Assembly (NCBI GenBank): GCA_965226495.1
Contig: OZ245365.1
Coordinates: 3,552,001-3,616,000, forward strand
Direction: 5' to 3'
Origin: Candidatus Marinacidobacterales bacterium
GTDB taxonomy: Bacteria > Acidobacteriota > Vicinamibacteria > Marinacidobacterales > DATDRI01
Length of the DNA stretch: 64,000 nt
Notes under the pieces: model-generated
What the model was told of the DNA's origin: nothing
Seen by the model: only the letters and a program-made list of their open reading frames with translations
The model's database searches: none
Program-made: the position numbers and the translations under genes
In this document: positions 9,630 through 20,900 of the stretch, one piece after another
Numbering within the stretch: the stretch's first letter is position 1
How the letters are laid out: each line of letters starts with the position of its first letter

Positions 9630-11840
9630 ATGATAACCAAGAGATTTTCCGAGATCGTGTTCTTGCTGACGGCGCTTCTGGTTTGCGGCGCTGCGGCATC
9701 TTTGACGACTCCTACTGCATCGAGCGGCGACTGGACCGATTGGCGTGGTCCGGCGCGGGACGGTCGATCCACAGAAAGCGGCCTCCCGACACGGTGGACG
9801 CTCGCCGGAGATAACCTCGCCTGGAAGGTTCCGTACGGAAGCCGCTCGACCCCCATCGTCCTCGGTGACCGACTTTATCTTCAGAATGCCGCGGGCGAGG
9901 GCGACACGATGCAAGAACGCGTGATGTGCTTCAACGCGAACACCGGAGAGCTGCTATGGGAGCACCGTTTCAACGTGTACCAGAGTGACGTCCCTCCGCA
10001 TCGTGTGGGATGGGCCTCGCCGGTGGGCGATCCCAAGACGGGGAACGTGTTTGCCTATGGCGTTGGGGGCACGCTGCTATCCCTCAGCAAAGAGGGCGAG
10101 CCCCTCTGGAGCCGCTCGCTGGGTGAGGACTTCGGTCTGGTAACCACCCACGGTGGGCGCACCGCGTCTCCCGTGATCGAAGGCGACATCTTAATTGTAA
10201 GCGGAGTTAATTCGGGCTGGGGCAATCAAGCACGAGGTGCACAGCGATTCTTTGCCTTCGACAAATCGACTGGAGAAACCGTCTGGGTAAGCTCACCCGG
10301 CGGTCGTCCCTTCGACACGACGTACTCCCCCCCCATCGGCGTCGACGTCAACGGCACGCGTTTGCTCATCGCAGGCGGTGGCGACGGCGCGGTACACGCC
10401 TTGAAGCCACAAACGGGTGAGCCGGTCTGGAAATACGAGTTCAGCAAACGCGGTGTCAATTCGGGGACGGTGCTAAAGGGAACGACGGCCATTGTCAGCC
10501 ACGGTGAGGAGAACCTAGCTAGCAGCGAGATGGGGTTCATCGCCGCGATCGACGCCGCCGCAACCGGACAGATCAGGCAAGACCAAGTGAAATGGCAGGA
10601 GTTCGGGTTCCTTGGTGGCTATTCTTCACCGGTGATCGACGGCGATCGCGTTTACCAGGTCGACAACGCCGCCAACCTCGTCGCCTTCGATATCGAGACC
10701 GGTAACCGGCTTTGGTTCCTCAACCTGGGAACCATCCAGCGAGCATCTCCGGTCCTGGCGGACGGAAAGCTCTACGTCGGCACGGTGAACGGAAAGTTCT
10801 ACATCATTCGACCCGGCGACGAATCCGCCGAGATCCTCAGCCAAGTGCAACTGGGCAGCGAGTCCGAGATAGAAGAGGTGTTCGCCTCGGCTGCCATCTC
10901 GCGCGGCCGGATCTACTTGGCGTCAACTCGCGCCCTCTACTGCATCGGTGAAGGGTCGAAATCCGATGGTGGCGAAGTAGCTCCTGCGCCCCCCTCGCCG
11001 GAAGCGGGCTCTCCGACTCATGTACAGGTAGTTCCAACCGAGTTGGTATTGGCCCCTGGCGACACCGTTCAATTCCAGGCTCGGCTTTTCGACGAGCGCG
11101 GTCTCTTTGTCGGCGTCGAAGAAGCGAGCTGGTCTCTCGATAGCCTCCAGGGCACGGTCGATACCGCAGGTACTTTTAGCGCAGGGACAGGAGAATATGG
11201 ACAGGCGGGACAGGTAAAAGCAACGGTCGGAGACATCGATGGCGTGGCTCGCGTTCGCGTCATTCCCCCTTTACCTTGGAAAGATAATTTCGAAGCCATC
11301 CCGGTGGACAAGGTGCCGCGACATTGGATCAACGCCACCGGCAAATACTTAGTGCGCGAGGAAGACGGAAACAAGGTCCTGGTCAAACGGGCCGACAATC
11401 CGTTTCTGAAACGCGCCCGCGCCTACCTCGGGGCTTCCGATTGGTCCGACTACACCGTCGCCGTCGATGTGAGGTCTTCGGAAAAGCGACGCCAGATGGG
11501 CGATGTGGGAGTCATCGCCCAACGATACGCACTCGTTCTCTTCGGCAACCACCAACGCCTAGAGCTCCACGCCTGGCAACCGGAAACGAGACGAAGCGTG
11601 CGAGCCCCATTCACGTGGAAGCCGGATGCCTGGTACCGCGTGAAGCTCGAAGTTCAGAACCTTTCGGACCGAACGACCCGAGCGCGCGGAAAAGCCTGGC
11701 TCGCCTCGGAACCGGAGCCGGCCGAATGGACGGTAGAGCGCATCGATCCCATCCCCAATCGCGAGGGGAGCCCCGGACTCTACGCCAACGCCATCAACGA
11801 AGTCTTCTTCGACAATCTCGAGGTCAAAGAAAATCCATGA
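9630..11840 (+). CDS. Exported PQQ-like beta-propeller with C-terminal Ig-like and beta-sandwich domains
   Basis: Signal peptide, DWTDWRGP, propeller blades to ~aa 440, Pro linker, then beta-rich tail ending FFDNLEV. Confidence 0.82.
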   Translation: MITKRFSEIVFLLTALLVCGAAASLTTPTASSGDWTDWRGPARDGRSTESGLPTRWTLAGDNLAWKVPYGSRSTPIVLGDRLYLQNAAGEGDTMQERVMCFNANTGELLWEHRFNVYQSDVPPHRVGWASPVGDPKTGNVFAYGVGGTLLSLSKEGEPLWSRSLGEDFGLVTTHGGRTASPVIEGDILIVSGVNSGWGNQARGAQRFFAFDKSTGETVWVSSPGGRPFDTTYSPPIGVDVNGTRLLIAGGGDGAVHALKPQTGEPVWKYEFSKRGVNSGTVLKGTTAIVSHGEENLASSEMGFIAAIDAAATGQIRQDQVKWQEFGFLGGYSSPVIDGDRVYQVDNAANLVAFDIETGNRLWFLNLGTIQRASPVLADGKLYVGTVNGKFYIIRPGDESAEILSQVQLGSESEIEEVFASAAISRGRIYLASTRALYCIGEGSKSDGGEVAPAPPSPEAGSPTHVQVVPTELVLAPGDTVQFQARLFDERGLFVGVEEASWSLDSLQGTVDTAGTFSAGTGEYGQAGQVKATVGDIDGVARVRVIPPLPWKDNFEAIPVDKVPRHWINATGKYLVREEDGNKVLVKRADNPFLKRARAYLGASDWSDYTVAVDVRSSEKRRQMGDVGVIAQRYALVLFGNHQRLELHAWQPETRRSVRAPFTWKPDAWYRVKLEVQNLSDRTTRARGKAWLASEPEPAEWTVERIDPIPNREGSPGLYANAINEVFFDNLEVKENP

Positions 11841-13300
11841 ACCGCAGATTGAATTTGCCCCGACTGCTACTACTAGGAAGCTTGCTCGTCCCTTCGCTGC
11901 TCATCGCTCTCGTCGGAATCGCCTCGACACGTCCGACGTCGGACGCCGCCGGAGACTGGCCGATGTGGGGCGGTACTCCGGACCGCAACATGATCTCCTC
12001 CATGACCGGTCTTCCCGAAACGTGGGATGTGGAAGAGAAGAAGAACGTCCGGTGGGTGGCCGCGCTGGGTTCACAGACCTATGGCAATCCGGTGGTTGCT
12101 GGCGGAAAAATCTTCGTGGGTACTAATAATGAAGCGCTCTATGATCCCAAGAGGACAGGAGACGCGGGGATCTTGCTGGCCTTCCGCGAATCCGACGGTG
12201 AATTCCTTTGGCAAGCGTTCTCCGAAAAGCTCGCTTCCGGTCGCGTCAATGACTGGCCATATCAGGGAATCTGCAGTTCGCCGCTCGTCGAGGGTGACCG
12301 CCTCTACTACGTGACCAACCGCGGGGAGGTTGCGGCCCTTGATACACAGGGTTTTCGAGACGGCGAGAACGACGGTCCGTTCAAAGAGGAGACGCATAAC
12401 AGCGAACAGGACGCCGATATCGTCTGGGTATTCGACATGATGGAGGAAGTTGGGACCTTCCAGCACAATATGGCCAACTCCTCACCGGTGGCCTACGGCA
12501 ATCTGATTTACGTCAGCACCTCGAACGGCCAAGACGAGAGTCACGTCAACATCCCTTCCCCACGCGCACCGGGCATCATCGCGCTCGACAAGAACACCGG
12601 GGAGCTAGTTTGGGAAGACAACTCAGTCGAAGACCGTATCCTTCATGGGCAATGGTCCTCGGCATCGGTGGCCGAGCTCGGGGGTGTGGTTCAGGTGGTG
12701 ATGGGCCAAGGCGACGGCTGGGTCCGAGGTTACGAGGCAATCACGGGCGAGAAGCTCTGGGAGTTCAATTCCAACCCTAAAGACTCCGAGTGGCCACGAA
12801 CCCGAAACAACGTGATCAGTACTCCCGTGCTCTACAACGACCGGGTCTACATCGGCAACGGGCAGGACCCCGAGCATGGCGAAGGTGTCGGCCACTTCTA
12901 CTCGATCGATCCCACTAAGAGAGGCGACATTACCGAGACCGGCCGCGTGTGGCACTACGACAAGATCCGCCGCACTATCTCGACCGCCGCCATCCAGGAC
13001 GGGTTGATCTACATCCCCGATTTCAGCGGCTTTCTCCATGCCCTCGACATCGAGACCGGGGAGCCAGTCTGGGTGCACGACACGTTCGCCGCCGTCTGGG
13101 CCTCCCCGCTCATCGCCGACGGCAAGATGTACCTGGGTGACGAAGATGGCGACATCGTGGTGTTGAAACCAGGGAGAGAAGAGGTCGTTCTTCAGGAGAT
13201 GAACCTCGGCAGCTCGGTCTACTCTACCGCCGTTCCCGCCAACGGTTCGCTCTACATCGCCAGCCGCAACAAGCTATTCGCCCTGGCCAGACAACCTTAG
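11837..13300 (+). CDS. Exported PQQ-binding-like beta-propeller protein
   Basis: ATG 11837 overlaps the upstream stop (ATGA); signal peptide, DWPMWGG, repeated blades. The 11324 start in the ORF track is an overextension. Confidence 0.87.
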   Translation: MNRRLNLPRLLLLGSLLVPSLLIALVGIASTRPTSDAAGDWPMWGGTPDRNMISSMTGLPETWDVEEKKNVRWVAALGSQTYGNPVVAGGKIFVGTNNEALYDPKRTGDAGILLAFRESDGEFLWQAFSEKLASGRVNDWPYQGICSSPLVEGDRLYYVTNRGEVAALDTQGFRDGENDGPFKEETHNSEQDADIVWVFDMMEEVGTFQHNMANSSPVAYGNLIYVSTSNGQDESHVNIPSPRAPGIIALDKNTGELVWEDNSVEDRILHGQWSSASVAELGGVVQVVMGQGDGWVRGYEAITGEKLWEFNSNPKDSEWPRTRNNVISTPVLYNDRVYIGNGQDPEHGEGVGHFYSIDPTKRGDITETGRVWHYDKIRRTISTAAIQDGLIYIPDFSGFLHALDIETGEPVWVHDTFAAVWASPLIADGKMYLGDEDGDIVVLKPGREEVVLQEMNLGSSVYSTAVPANGSLYIASRNKLFALARQP

Positions 13301-13336
13301 TTGGCCTGGTCAGCCTGACGGGCCTGATTGATCTAG

Positions 13337-14464
13337 ATGGAGCCTTTCGACTTCCAGCCCCAAACCCGCGTGGTTTTCGGAAAAGGGGCGCTCACGAGTT
13401 TGGGCGCTCTTGCCCAAGAGCTGGGATTTCGTCGTACCCTCATCGTGTCTGATCCCGGCGTAGTGCGCTCGGGCCATTTCGAATCCACGAACAAAGAGCT
13501 TCGCGACGTTGGGATCGAGACGTTCGGCTTTCACGACTTCGGCGAGGATCCCGATACACACATGGTCGAATCGGGGCGTGACGTAGCCGCAAAGAAAGAG
13601 ATCAACTCTTTGGTCGGGCTCGGGGGCGGAAGCTCGATGGATTGTGCCAAGGGTATCAACTTCCTGTTCACCAACGGCGGCAGCATGAAGGACTACTGGG
13701 GGATTGGGAAAGCCTCGAAGCCCATGCTTCCGTCGATCGGCATCCCCACCACGGCGGGCACTGGCAGTGAGGCGCAATCCTTTGCCCTTATCTCCGATGC
13801 GGAGACTCACGCCAAGATGGCTTGCGGTGATCTAAAAGCCGCGTTCCGCGTCGCGCTTCTCGATCCCGAGCTCACCGTATCGCAGCCGAAGCGGGTGACC
13901 GCCGCCACCGGCTTCGACGCCATCGCGCACGCCGTCGAGACCTATGTCACCCGGAAGCGCAACCAACTCTCCGACACATTCTCGTATCAGGCGTGGCGTC
14001 TACTGGAAGCAAATTATGAACGAGCTCTCTCTCATCCAAACGACATCGAGGCTCGGGCCGCCATGCAACTCGGTGCCTACTACGCGGGAGTCGCGATCGA
14101 AAACTCGATGCTGGGTGCGACGCATGCTTGTGCCAACCCACTAACCGCCCGTTATGGGACTGTGCACGGTGTGGCGCTCGCCATTCTCTTACCGCAGGTG
14201 GTCCGTTGGAACGCCAAGGTCGCCGGTTTCCGATACGCGGAGCTCGTGGGATCGAGCGAGGGTGACGCAGGCGATAAACTGGCAAAGAGACTCGCGCAAC
14301 TGGCGGCGGCCGGCGATTTGTCGGCTCGCCTGAGCTCGATTGGTGTGCCCGAGGGGGACCTGGAGATGCTTGCCGAGGAGGCGGCACTCCAATGGACCGG
14401 CAGTTTCAACCCGCGCGTTTTCGACGCCTCCGGGGCGCTTGAGGTTTACCGTTGGGCGTATTGA
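13337..14464 (+). CDS. Iron-containing (type III) alcohol dehydrogenase
   Basis: [36 protein letters not shown] motifs. Confidence 0.93.
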   Translation: MEPFDFQPQTRVVFGKGALTSLGALAQELGFRRTLIVSDPGVVRSGHFESTNKELRDVGIETFGFHDFGEDPDTHMVESGRDVAAKKEINSLVGLGGGSSMDCAKGINFLFTNGGSMKDYWGIGKASKPMLPSIGIPTTAGTGSEAQSFALISDAETHAKMACGDLKAAFRVALLDPELTVSQPKRVTAATGFDAIAHAVETYVTRKRNQLSDTFSYQAWRLLEANYERALSHPNDIEARAAMQLGAYYAGVAIENSMLGATHACANPLTARYGTVHGVALAILLPQVVRWNAKVAGFRYAELVGSSEGDAGDKLAKRLAQLAAAGDLSARLSSIGVPEGDLEMLAEEAALQWTGSFNPRVFDASGALEVYRWAY

Positions 14465-15585
14465 TCTTCCTGCTTCTAAGCATCGGCGCCTCGAGCATGA
14501 CGTCGGGCACGCCGACTAGCCAGGAAAGTTGGAATCAATTCCGGGGAAGTCCGGGGCTAACCGGCATTGCACACTCCAAGCTTCCCGAGACCTTGGAGCT
14601 CCTCTGGAGCTACGAAGGCGAAGATTCCATTGACTCGTCGGCGGCTATCGTGGATGGCGTCGTATATGTCGGCACGTTTTCTGGCGACTTGTTGGCCCTG
14701 TCTTTGGAAGACGGATCTCTTCGATGGAAATACTCGGTCGGAGAGGAGGGAATCGGCGAATCCTCCCCCGCGGTGTCGAACGGTATCGTCTACGTCGGCG
14801 ATTTGGCAGGTGTCGTTCACGCTGTTGACGCCGTCAGTGGCGACGCCGTTTGGACGTTCCAAACACTTGGCGAGATCAAATCGTCGCCGGTCATCATCGA
14901 AGAAAAACTGCTCATCGGTTCCTACGACGAACATGTGTACTCCCTTTCCGCCAGGACCGGAGAGCTGCTGTGGAAGCTCAGAAGCAACGGTTTCATACAC
15001 GGAACGCCGGCGACGAGCAAAGGGCTCACCTACGTCACGGGGTGTGATTCGATGCTTCGGGCCGTCCGCATCACCGATGGCAAGGAGATGCATCAGATCG
15101 ACTCCGGCTCCTATACCGCCGCATCCCCCGCTCTCATTGGGGGCTTCGCCTACTACGGGACCTTCGACAATCAAGTGATTGCGGTGGACCTCGCCAAGCT
15201 GGAGATCGCTTGGCGCTACGAACATCCGGTCCGCCATTTCCCATTTTATTCCTCGGCCGCGGTGGTCGATGGCCGCGTCGTCTTGGGTGGACGGGACAAG
15301 ATGGTGCACTGCCTCGACGCCCAATCCGGGGAAGCGTTGTGGACTTTCCGCACCGGTGCTCGGGTGGATTCTTCACCCGTCGTGACGGGTGGCCGAGTCT
15401 ACATTGGATCGAACGACGGACGTCTCTACGTCTTGGATCTCGAGAGCGGCGAGAAACTCTGGGAGTTCGACGCCGGCGCTCCCTTTTCGGCTTCACCGGC
15501 CGTAGCCGAGGGCCGTTTGGTGATAGGCTCCCAGGACGGGATTATTTACTGCTTTGGCTCGGCCACTGAAAACATAAACGACTAA
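14452..15585 (+). CDS. Exported PQQ/BamB-like eight-bladed beta-propeller protein
   Basis: WNQFRG, regular SSP(A/V)V.DG.VY.GS..G..Y.L..G..W repeats; overlaps ADH stop. Confidence 0.87.
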   Translation: MGVLIFLLLSIGASSMTSGTPTSQESWNQFRGSPGLTGIAHSKLPETLELLWSYEGEDSIDSSAAIVDGVVYVGTFSGDLLALSLEDGSLRWKYSVGEEGIGESSPAVSNGIVYVGDLAGVVHAVDAVSGDAVWTFQTLGEIKSSPVIIEEKLLIGSYDEHVYSLSARTGELLWKLRSNGFIHGTPATSKGLTYVTGCDSMLRAVRITDGKEMHQIDSGSYTAASPALIGGFAYYGTFDNQVIAVDLAKLEIAWRYEHPVRHFPFYSSAAVVDGRVVLGGRDKMVHCLDAQSGEALWTFRTGARVDSSPVVTGGRVYIGSNDGRLYVLDLESGEKLWEFDAGAPFSASPAVAEGRLVIGSQDGIIYCFGSATENIND

Positions 15586-15609
15586 CTCACTGATTGGAGC
15601 TCATCTCAC

Positions 15610-16059
15610 ATGCAATGGTTAACATGGGTCTTGGGGGCAGTTCTAGCTTGGGGGATGTATGGCGTCGCCTTGCACCGAGGGCAGGTACTCCTCGGCAACC
15701 CGATGCGCGCCTTACTTTGTGTCGGGTTCGCGTACTTCCTCATCGGGATTCTGGTGCCGGTTGTGGCTCTTTCCTATGAAGGCGGCCTCGGCGGCTTCAA
15801 CTGGAACGGCACCGCGTTCGCAACGCTCGGAGGAGCATTGGGTGCGGTGGGCGCCGCGTTCATCATCTGGGCTTTCAAGGCGGGGGGACTCCCCACCTAT
15901 GTGATGCCGCTAGTCTTCGCGGGCGCGCCGCTCGTCAACGTCGTCGTCTCGATGGTGGTACATCCACCCAAGACCGCACCAAGTCCCCTGCTCTACCTTG
16001 GCTTCGTCCTCGCCGCAGCGGGCGCGGGGATGGTGCTGTACTTCCGGCCCACCTCTTGA
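15610..16059 (+). CDS. Small five-TM membrane protein (DMT/EamA half-domain-like)
   Basis: 149 aa, five Gly-rich TM segments, WG.YG motif; GGAG RBS. Confidence 0.7.
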   Translation: MQWLTWVLGAVLAWGMYGVALHRGQVLLGNPMRALLCVGFAYFLIGILVPVVALSYEGGLGGFNWNGTAFATLGGALGAVGAAFIIWAFKAGGLPTYVMPLVFAGAPLVNVVVSMVVHPPKTAPSPLLYLGFVLAAAGAGMVLYFRPTS

Positions 16060-16085
16060 GGTAGACGGTCGGCAAGGAAAACTCC

Positions 16086-16454
16086 GTGAAATCGGCGGCG
16101 TTGGGCTTGGCGTTCGCTCTGGCCGCGATCGTTCTTTCCCGTCTTTTCTCGGTGACCCAGAGCCGTCGCTTGTTCGCTATTCTTCTTGGAGCGGCGGCCG
16201 GCGTCTACGTCGGCGCAGCCTTATCTGCGGCGGGGTCGTCACTGGGGTTTCAAGTCGCGGGTTTCGCGGCGTTCGGCAGCATGGCGATGCTGAAGGCACC
16301 GTGGGTGCTGGGTGCGGCCTGGTTGATCCACGGAGGCTGGGATCTGCTCCATTTACTCCAAGTGATCCCGACGACCTTACCGGAGGCTTACCAACTGGCC
16401 TGCCTCACTGCCGATTTAGTTTGGGGAGTATTCCTTCTCCGTTTGCCGAAGTAG
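16086..16454 (+). CDS. Small membrane protein (DUF6010-like)
   Basis: Hydrophobic, with W..HG.WD.LH and Y...C...D pattern. Confidence 0.6.
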   Translation: MKSAALGLAFALAAIVLSRLFSVTQSRRLFAILLGAAAGVYVGAALSAAGSSLGFQVAGFAAFGSMAMLKAPWVLGAAWLIHGGWDLLHLLQVIPTTLPEAYQLACLTADLVWGVFLLRLPK

Positions 16455-16489
16455 ATGGTGCGCTTCGAATGGTCTCGTCGCCGGCTTTG

Positions 16490-17797
16490 TCATCGTCCTG
16501 TTGTTGAAGAAGTAGTAGTACCCTTCTCGGCTCCCGCGGCGCGCTCGCCGATGCAATAGAGATACTCGCCGGTGCGGATGAAGATCTGACCGTCCGAGAT
16601 GGCCGGGGAGCTCAGACAGTAATCGTCGAGCGAGTTTTCCGCCAGAATTTCGAATTCCGGTCCCGCCTTCACCACCGTCGTCACTGCATCTTCGTTGGTG
16701 ACGTAGATCTTCCCATCCGCCAGCACTGCGGAAGAGCTGTAAGTGCCAGATGCGACCCGCTGCTCTCCCCAGATCTCCTCGCCGGTCTGCGCGTCGAGGC
16801 ACCACATCACGCCCTTGTCGTTCACTATGTAGAGATACTTGCCATCGGTAACTGGGGTCGGAACGTCTGGACCATGCTTGGTAGACCAAACACGGTGGGT
16901 CTCGGTGATATCCCCGCGCCCGCCGGCTCTGATGGCCAGCAGAGGGGAAACGCGTGACGGCACATAGATGATGTCGTCGTTGATCACGGGGGATGCCACG
17001 ATGCGATAGTAGGGCTCGTTGTCCGGATTCAGACCATTCGCCCGCCACAGCTCCTCGCCAGTTTCGGGATCGTGCCCGGTGACGCAATCGCCGCCGGTGA
17101 TGACGATCTCGGTCTTGCTGCCGTACCTCAAAAGGCCGGGCGTCGTGTAGGAGTCCGGTGATTCACGTATCGCATCCGTCGCCCGTTCGACTCGCCACAG
17201 CGTTTCTCCCGTCATCTTGTCGATCCGCAACACATAGGATGGATCGTCGGTCTTCATACCGTGTAAGACTTGAACGTATAAAACGTCCCCGTGCAAAAGC
17301 GGTGACGAGGCATAACCCCAGTTAAGCCCGAAGGTTCCGTAGTCTCTTTGGATGTCGCGCGACCAAATTTCCTTGCCGGCGAAGTCGAAGGCCTTCAGAA
17401 TTCCGGTTCCGGTCATGACCCAGATGTGTTTGCCGTCGGTCACCGGCGAGGGGGACGACATGTTCTGCTTTCGCTGCTTCTGATCCCCATCGCTCAAGAA
17501 GCGCTTCCAAAGAACGCTTCCGTCGGAGCGACCGACCGACCACAGATACAAATTCCCGCTGTCCGCTACGTTGAGGAAGATCCGCTCTCCCCAAACGATA
17601 GGCGTCGAACCACTCCAGGCAGGCATCGGGAGCTTCCACGTAACGCCCTCGCTGGTACTCCAACGAACCGGGAGGTTACTCTCTTGGCTCACACCGTCCA
17701 GGGTCGGCCCTCGCCACTGCGGCCAGTTGTCGGCGAGTGCCTGCGTCACCACGATTGAAATGATGAAGGCCAAGACGAGAGTAAAGCTGTTCCGCAC
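16490..17797 (-). CDS. Exported PQQ-binding-like beta-propeller protein
   Basis: GTG 17797 preceded by AAGGAGG; signal peptide, [26 protein letters not shown]. Confidence 0.87.
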   Translation of the reverse strand: MRNSFTLVLAFIISIVVTQALADNWPQWRGPTLDGVSQESNLPVRWSTSEGVTWKLPMPAWSGSTPIVWGERIFLNVADSGNLYLWSVGRSDGSVLWKRFLSDGDQKQRKQNMSSPSPVTDGKHIWVMTGTGILKAFDFAGKEIWSRDIQRDYGTFGLNWGYASSPLLHGDVLYVQVLHGMKTDDPSYVLRIDKMTGETLWRVERATDAIRESPDSYTTPGLLRYGSKTEIVITGGDCVTGHDPETGEELWRANGLNPDNEPYYRIVASPVINDDIIYVPSRVSPLLAIRAGGRGDITETHRVWSTKHGPDVPTPVTDGKYLYIVNDKGVMWCLDAQTGEEIWGEQRVASGTYSSSAVLADGKIYVTNEDAVTTVVKAGPEFEILAENSLDDYCLSSPAISDGQIFIRTGEYLYCIGERAAGAEKGTTTSSTTGR

Positions 17798-17927
17798 GAC
17801 TTTCCTCCTTGCTCCCTCGGTGTTCGGCCACCAGGTGCAATTTCCACATAGCAATCGCCGCGCCTGGGACGACTACGGTACAACAATCCGCCGGTCCAAT
17901 TCCACTGATACTGTCGCGGTGCGCCTT

Positions 17928-20900
17928 TTACTCGGCACGAAGGGATTCGAGGAGTGGAGAGCGCACCGAAGCGGCTACCGCCAGAAGAGAGGCGACCGCC
18001 CCGCTCGCCAGCACGGCGAGCAACAGCAGGATTAGAGAAGGGAGCGAAAAGCCTCCACCTCTCGAAACCAACGCCGGAGCGATCGCAACTAGGGCGCACA
18101 GCGTGCCGATAGCAAGTCCCCAGAAGAGCATCACCGCGTTCTCCGAAAGAACCATAAGCGAGAACGCTCGGGAGTCGTATCCGACCGCGCGCAGCAACGC
18201 AAGCTCCCGGCGCCGCTCCAAGACGTTTCGTAACAACACCGCCCCTAGCCCCAACGTGCCGAGTACCAGGCCCAGTCCGCCGAGAGCCTGGAACGTGGAG
18301 AGGTAGGTGTTCTCGACGCGATGAAATCCAGCCAGACGCTCTGCAGTGCCGGCAACGTCGAAGCCGAAATCGGAGAGTCCTTGCTCGAGCGCCTCCGTCA
18401 CACGTTCCGTTTCCTTCGCTGGCACATCGAGCAGAAAGAATCGAAAGCCCTCTTGATCGGGGAAAGCGCGCAGGAAGTTCCGCTCCGACATGAGAAGCTC
18501 GCCCTGAAAGACACTGTCCTTGAGCATGGCGACCAAACGCAGACGAAGGGGCTCTTCCCCCGCACGTTCGAGCAGGAAGTCCTCACCGAGCTTGAGGTGA
18601 AGGACGTAGGTCATCGAGTTGGCATCGCCGATGACCGGTATCGCTCGGTCTGTCTCTTCCCTATCGAGGAGCAACCACGGATTGTCTTTGTCCTCTTGAG
18701 AGTCGGCAAGTGTTCCGGCGAAGGCGAAGCGGGCGCTCTCGACGAACTCTCGGCTAGGGGCGAGTATCCGCGGGTTTTGCGGGCGATAGAGATTCAGACA
18801 GCTCGCGTCTTCTCCTGGACGCACTCGCAGTGCCGAGAACCGTACGTTGGCGAGAATTGGTTCATCATCGATCCCCAGGGATTCTTTTCCTTCGACGGCA
18901 TTGGGATCCCAGGTCAGCGGAATGAGCGACTCCGCCAGGAGTGAAAATCCTCCCGTCCCGGACTTCGGATCCATGGAAGCTTGGCGGTCGTCGCGTCGGA
19001 AAGCATCGACCGCCACGATGATAAAGGTGGCAAAGGCGATCAACGCCACGCACAAGAGGCTGCGCCCGGGACGGTAGGAGACGTTGCGGAACCCGAGACG
19101 GGAGACGGCCCAGTTTCCGGTCCCCGCGATGAGGTGCGCACTTCTATTGGCCAAACGCGTCCAAAGGTAGCCGAGCGACGCCACGAGGAGGAGCGTGCCA
19201 GCTCCAAAGAAACCTGCTACCTGGCTGAGGGAGCCAGACCAGGCTCCGATGAGTAGCGCGGACGCCGCCAACGCGCTACCGATACTGAGCAGCATGGCCT
19301 TGCGTCGCTTGCCAGGCGTGGTGGCCGAGTCGAGCGCCGTCCCGGTCAGCAGACTCCGGGGCGTCATGGGTTTCACGCCGCGGAGTGTCCAGGCGATTCC
19401 CAGAATGGCGGCGAGGATGCCCCCGAGTCCACCAAGTGCCAACCACTTGGTGGACGCGTGTAGGGTCAAGAGCTCGGTGCCTACCGCATCAACCCACCAG
19501 GTCCTGAGTCCCAACATGATGAGCTCCGCATAGGCTACGGCCCCGACTGCCCCAATCAGGCTTCCCAAGGCTGCTAAGAGCAGGCCCTCGCTCAAGAAGA
19601 GTCTGCGGATCCTGGCTGAGGTGAAACCCAAAGCGAACAAAATGCCGATCTCGGGGAGTCGCTGTTCGACACCCAACCGAAAGAAAAGCCCCGCCAGCAA
19701 GAGCGCGGATACCACGAGGAAGAAGCTGAAGTAGACGAAGTACTGGCCAAAATCCGTCGCCCCACGCGAGGCACGAAGGCCTTGGGCGCGAGCCGGGTAG
19801 ATCGACAAACCCGATTCGATGGGGTCGATGGTGTCTCGGAGACCACTCCTGAAGGAATTGAGCGTGGATTCGAGGTCCTCCATCCCAACCGATGGAAAGA
19901 TGCGGATCGAAGTCAGCGCGCCGAAACGACTCCGCCACAACCTTTGCCCAGCAGCAAGCGGGATGAACGCCTTCGGGGTCGTGCCATAGAGGTCCCAGTA
20001 CTCTTCGTCCCGGTCACGAATCCGTTCGAGATCGAGGGGAAAAGGTGGATCCCAATCGGAAAGGGCATCCGACTCGGTGATGCCCGGGTAGGTCGGGGCC
20101 AGATCCGGATCACCGGCCGCCCCTTCGATCGGCACGATACCTACGATTTGGAAATCCGCGTTCCGGATCTCGAGCCGACCCTCGTCCTTCCAGAAGTAAT
20201 ACTCGAGCGTCAGGGGGTCGCCGAGCCGCACCGCTAAGTCACGGGCCACCCAATCGTTGATGACGATCGGTCGTTCGGTTGACCCTTCGGGTAAGGGTAG
20301 TCTCTCCAGACCTGCTTGAAGACTGTCGAACGCTTCCGGGTCGAGGGCGCTCACCAGCGAATAAGGAACCTCTTTGGATCCCGAGAGGATGCTATTGGCC
20401 AGATAGGTATAGATGAAGGACGTGTCCAGGCCAAGATCGCTGGATGCCTTTTGCGCAGCAACCGCCAAAGGATCGCTGATGAGAATTTGCCCACTTTCGA
20501 GGGAAAGGCAGTGCGCTGCTTCGAGGGCGCGAAGCTGGATGCCCACATCTGCGAGCCGGAAAGTCTCCTTGAGAATCCCAGCCAGGACCGCGTCTCTATT
20601 TGTCGAAGCGGACGTGTCGTCGTGGCCCGAGACCAGCAAAGTGTTGACCTTACCTTCCTGGTCGAGGTCTCTCTGGAGCCGCTCCAGAGGGACGAAGAGC
20701 GCGCGCACCGCCCCTTGTTGCGGGTAGAGGGCGAAATCCTTGGTGCCGGAGCTGGGAAGCCCTTCGCTGGCCCTCAGCCGGATGGTTCGTCCCTTTTGCC
20801 CCCTTCGACCGTGGAGGAACTCCCCCGGCACTTCGTATGGTTGCTCGACTCTTAGAAGAATCGTGTCCCCGGGGGTGCTATTCAACTCAAGTGCCAGGCG

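Noticed and set aside
11324-11836. 171-aa N-terminal extension of the 658-aa ORF
   Set aside because: Overlaps the upstream gene; signal peptide and ATGA coupling place the start at 11837.
2030-17797. Calling the propellers bamB or PQQ dehydrogenases
   Set aside because: No convincing lipoboxes or bam context, and no catalytic PQQ-ADH signatures recognised.
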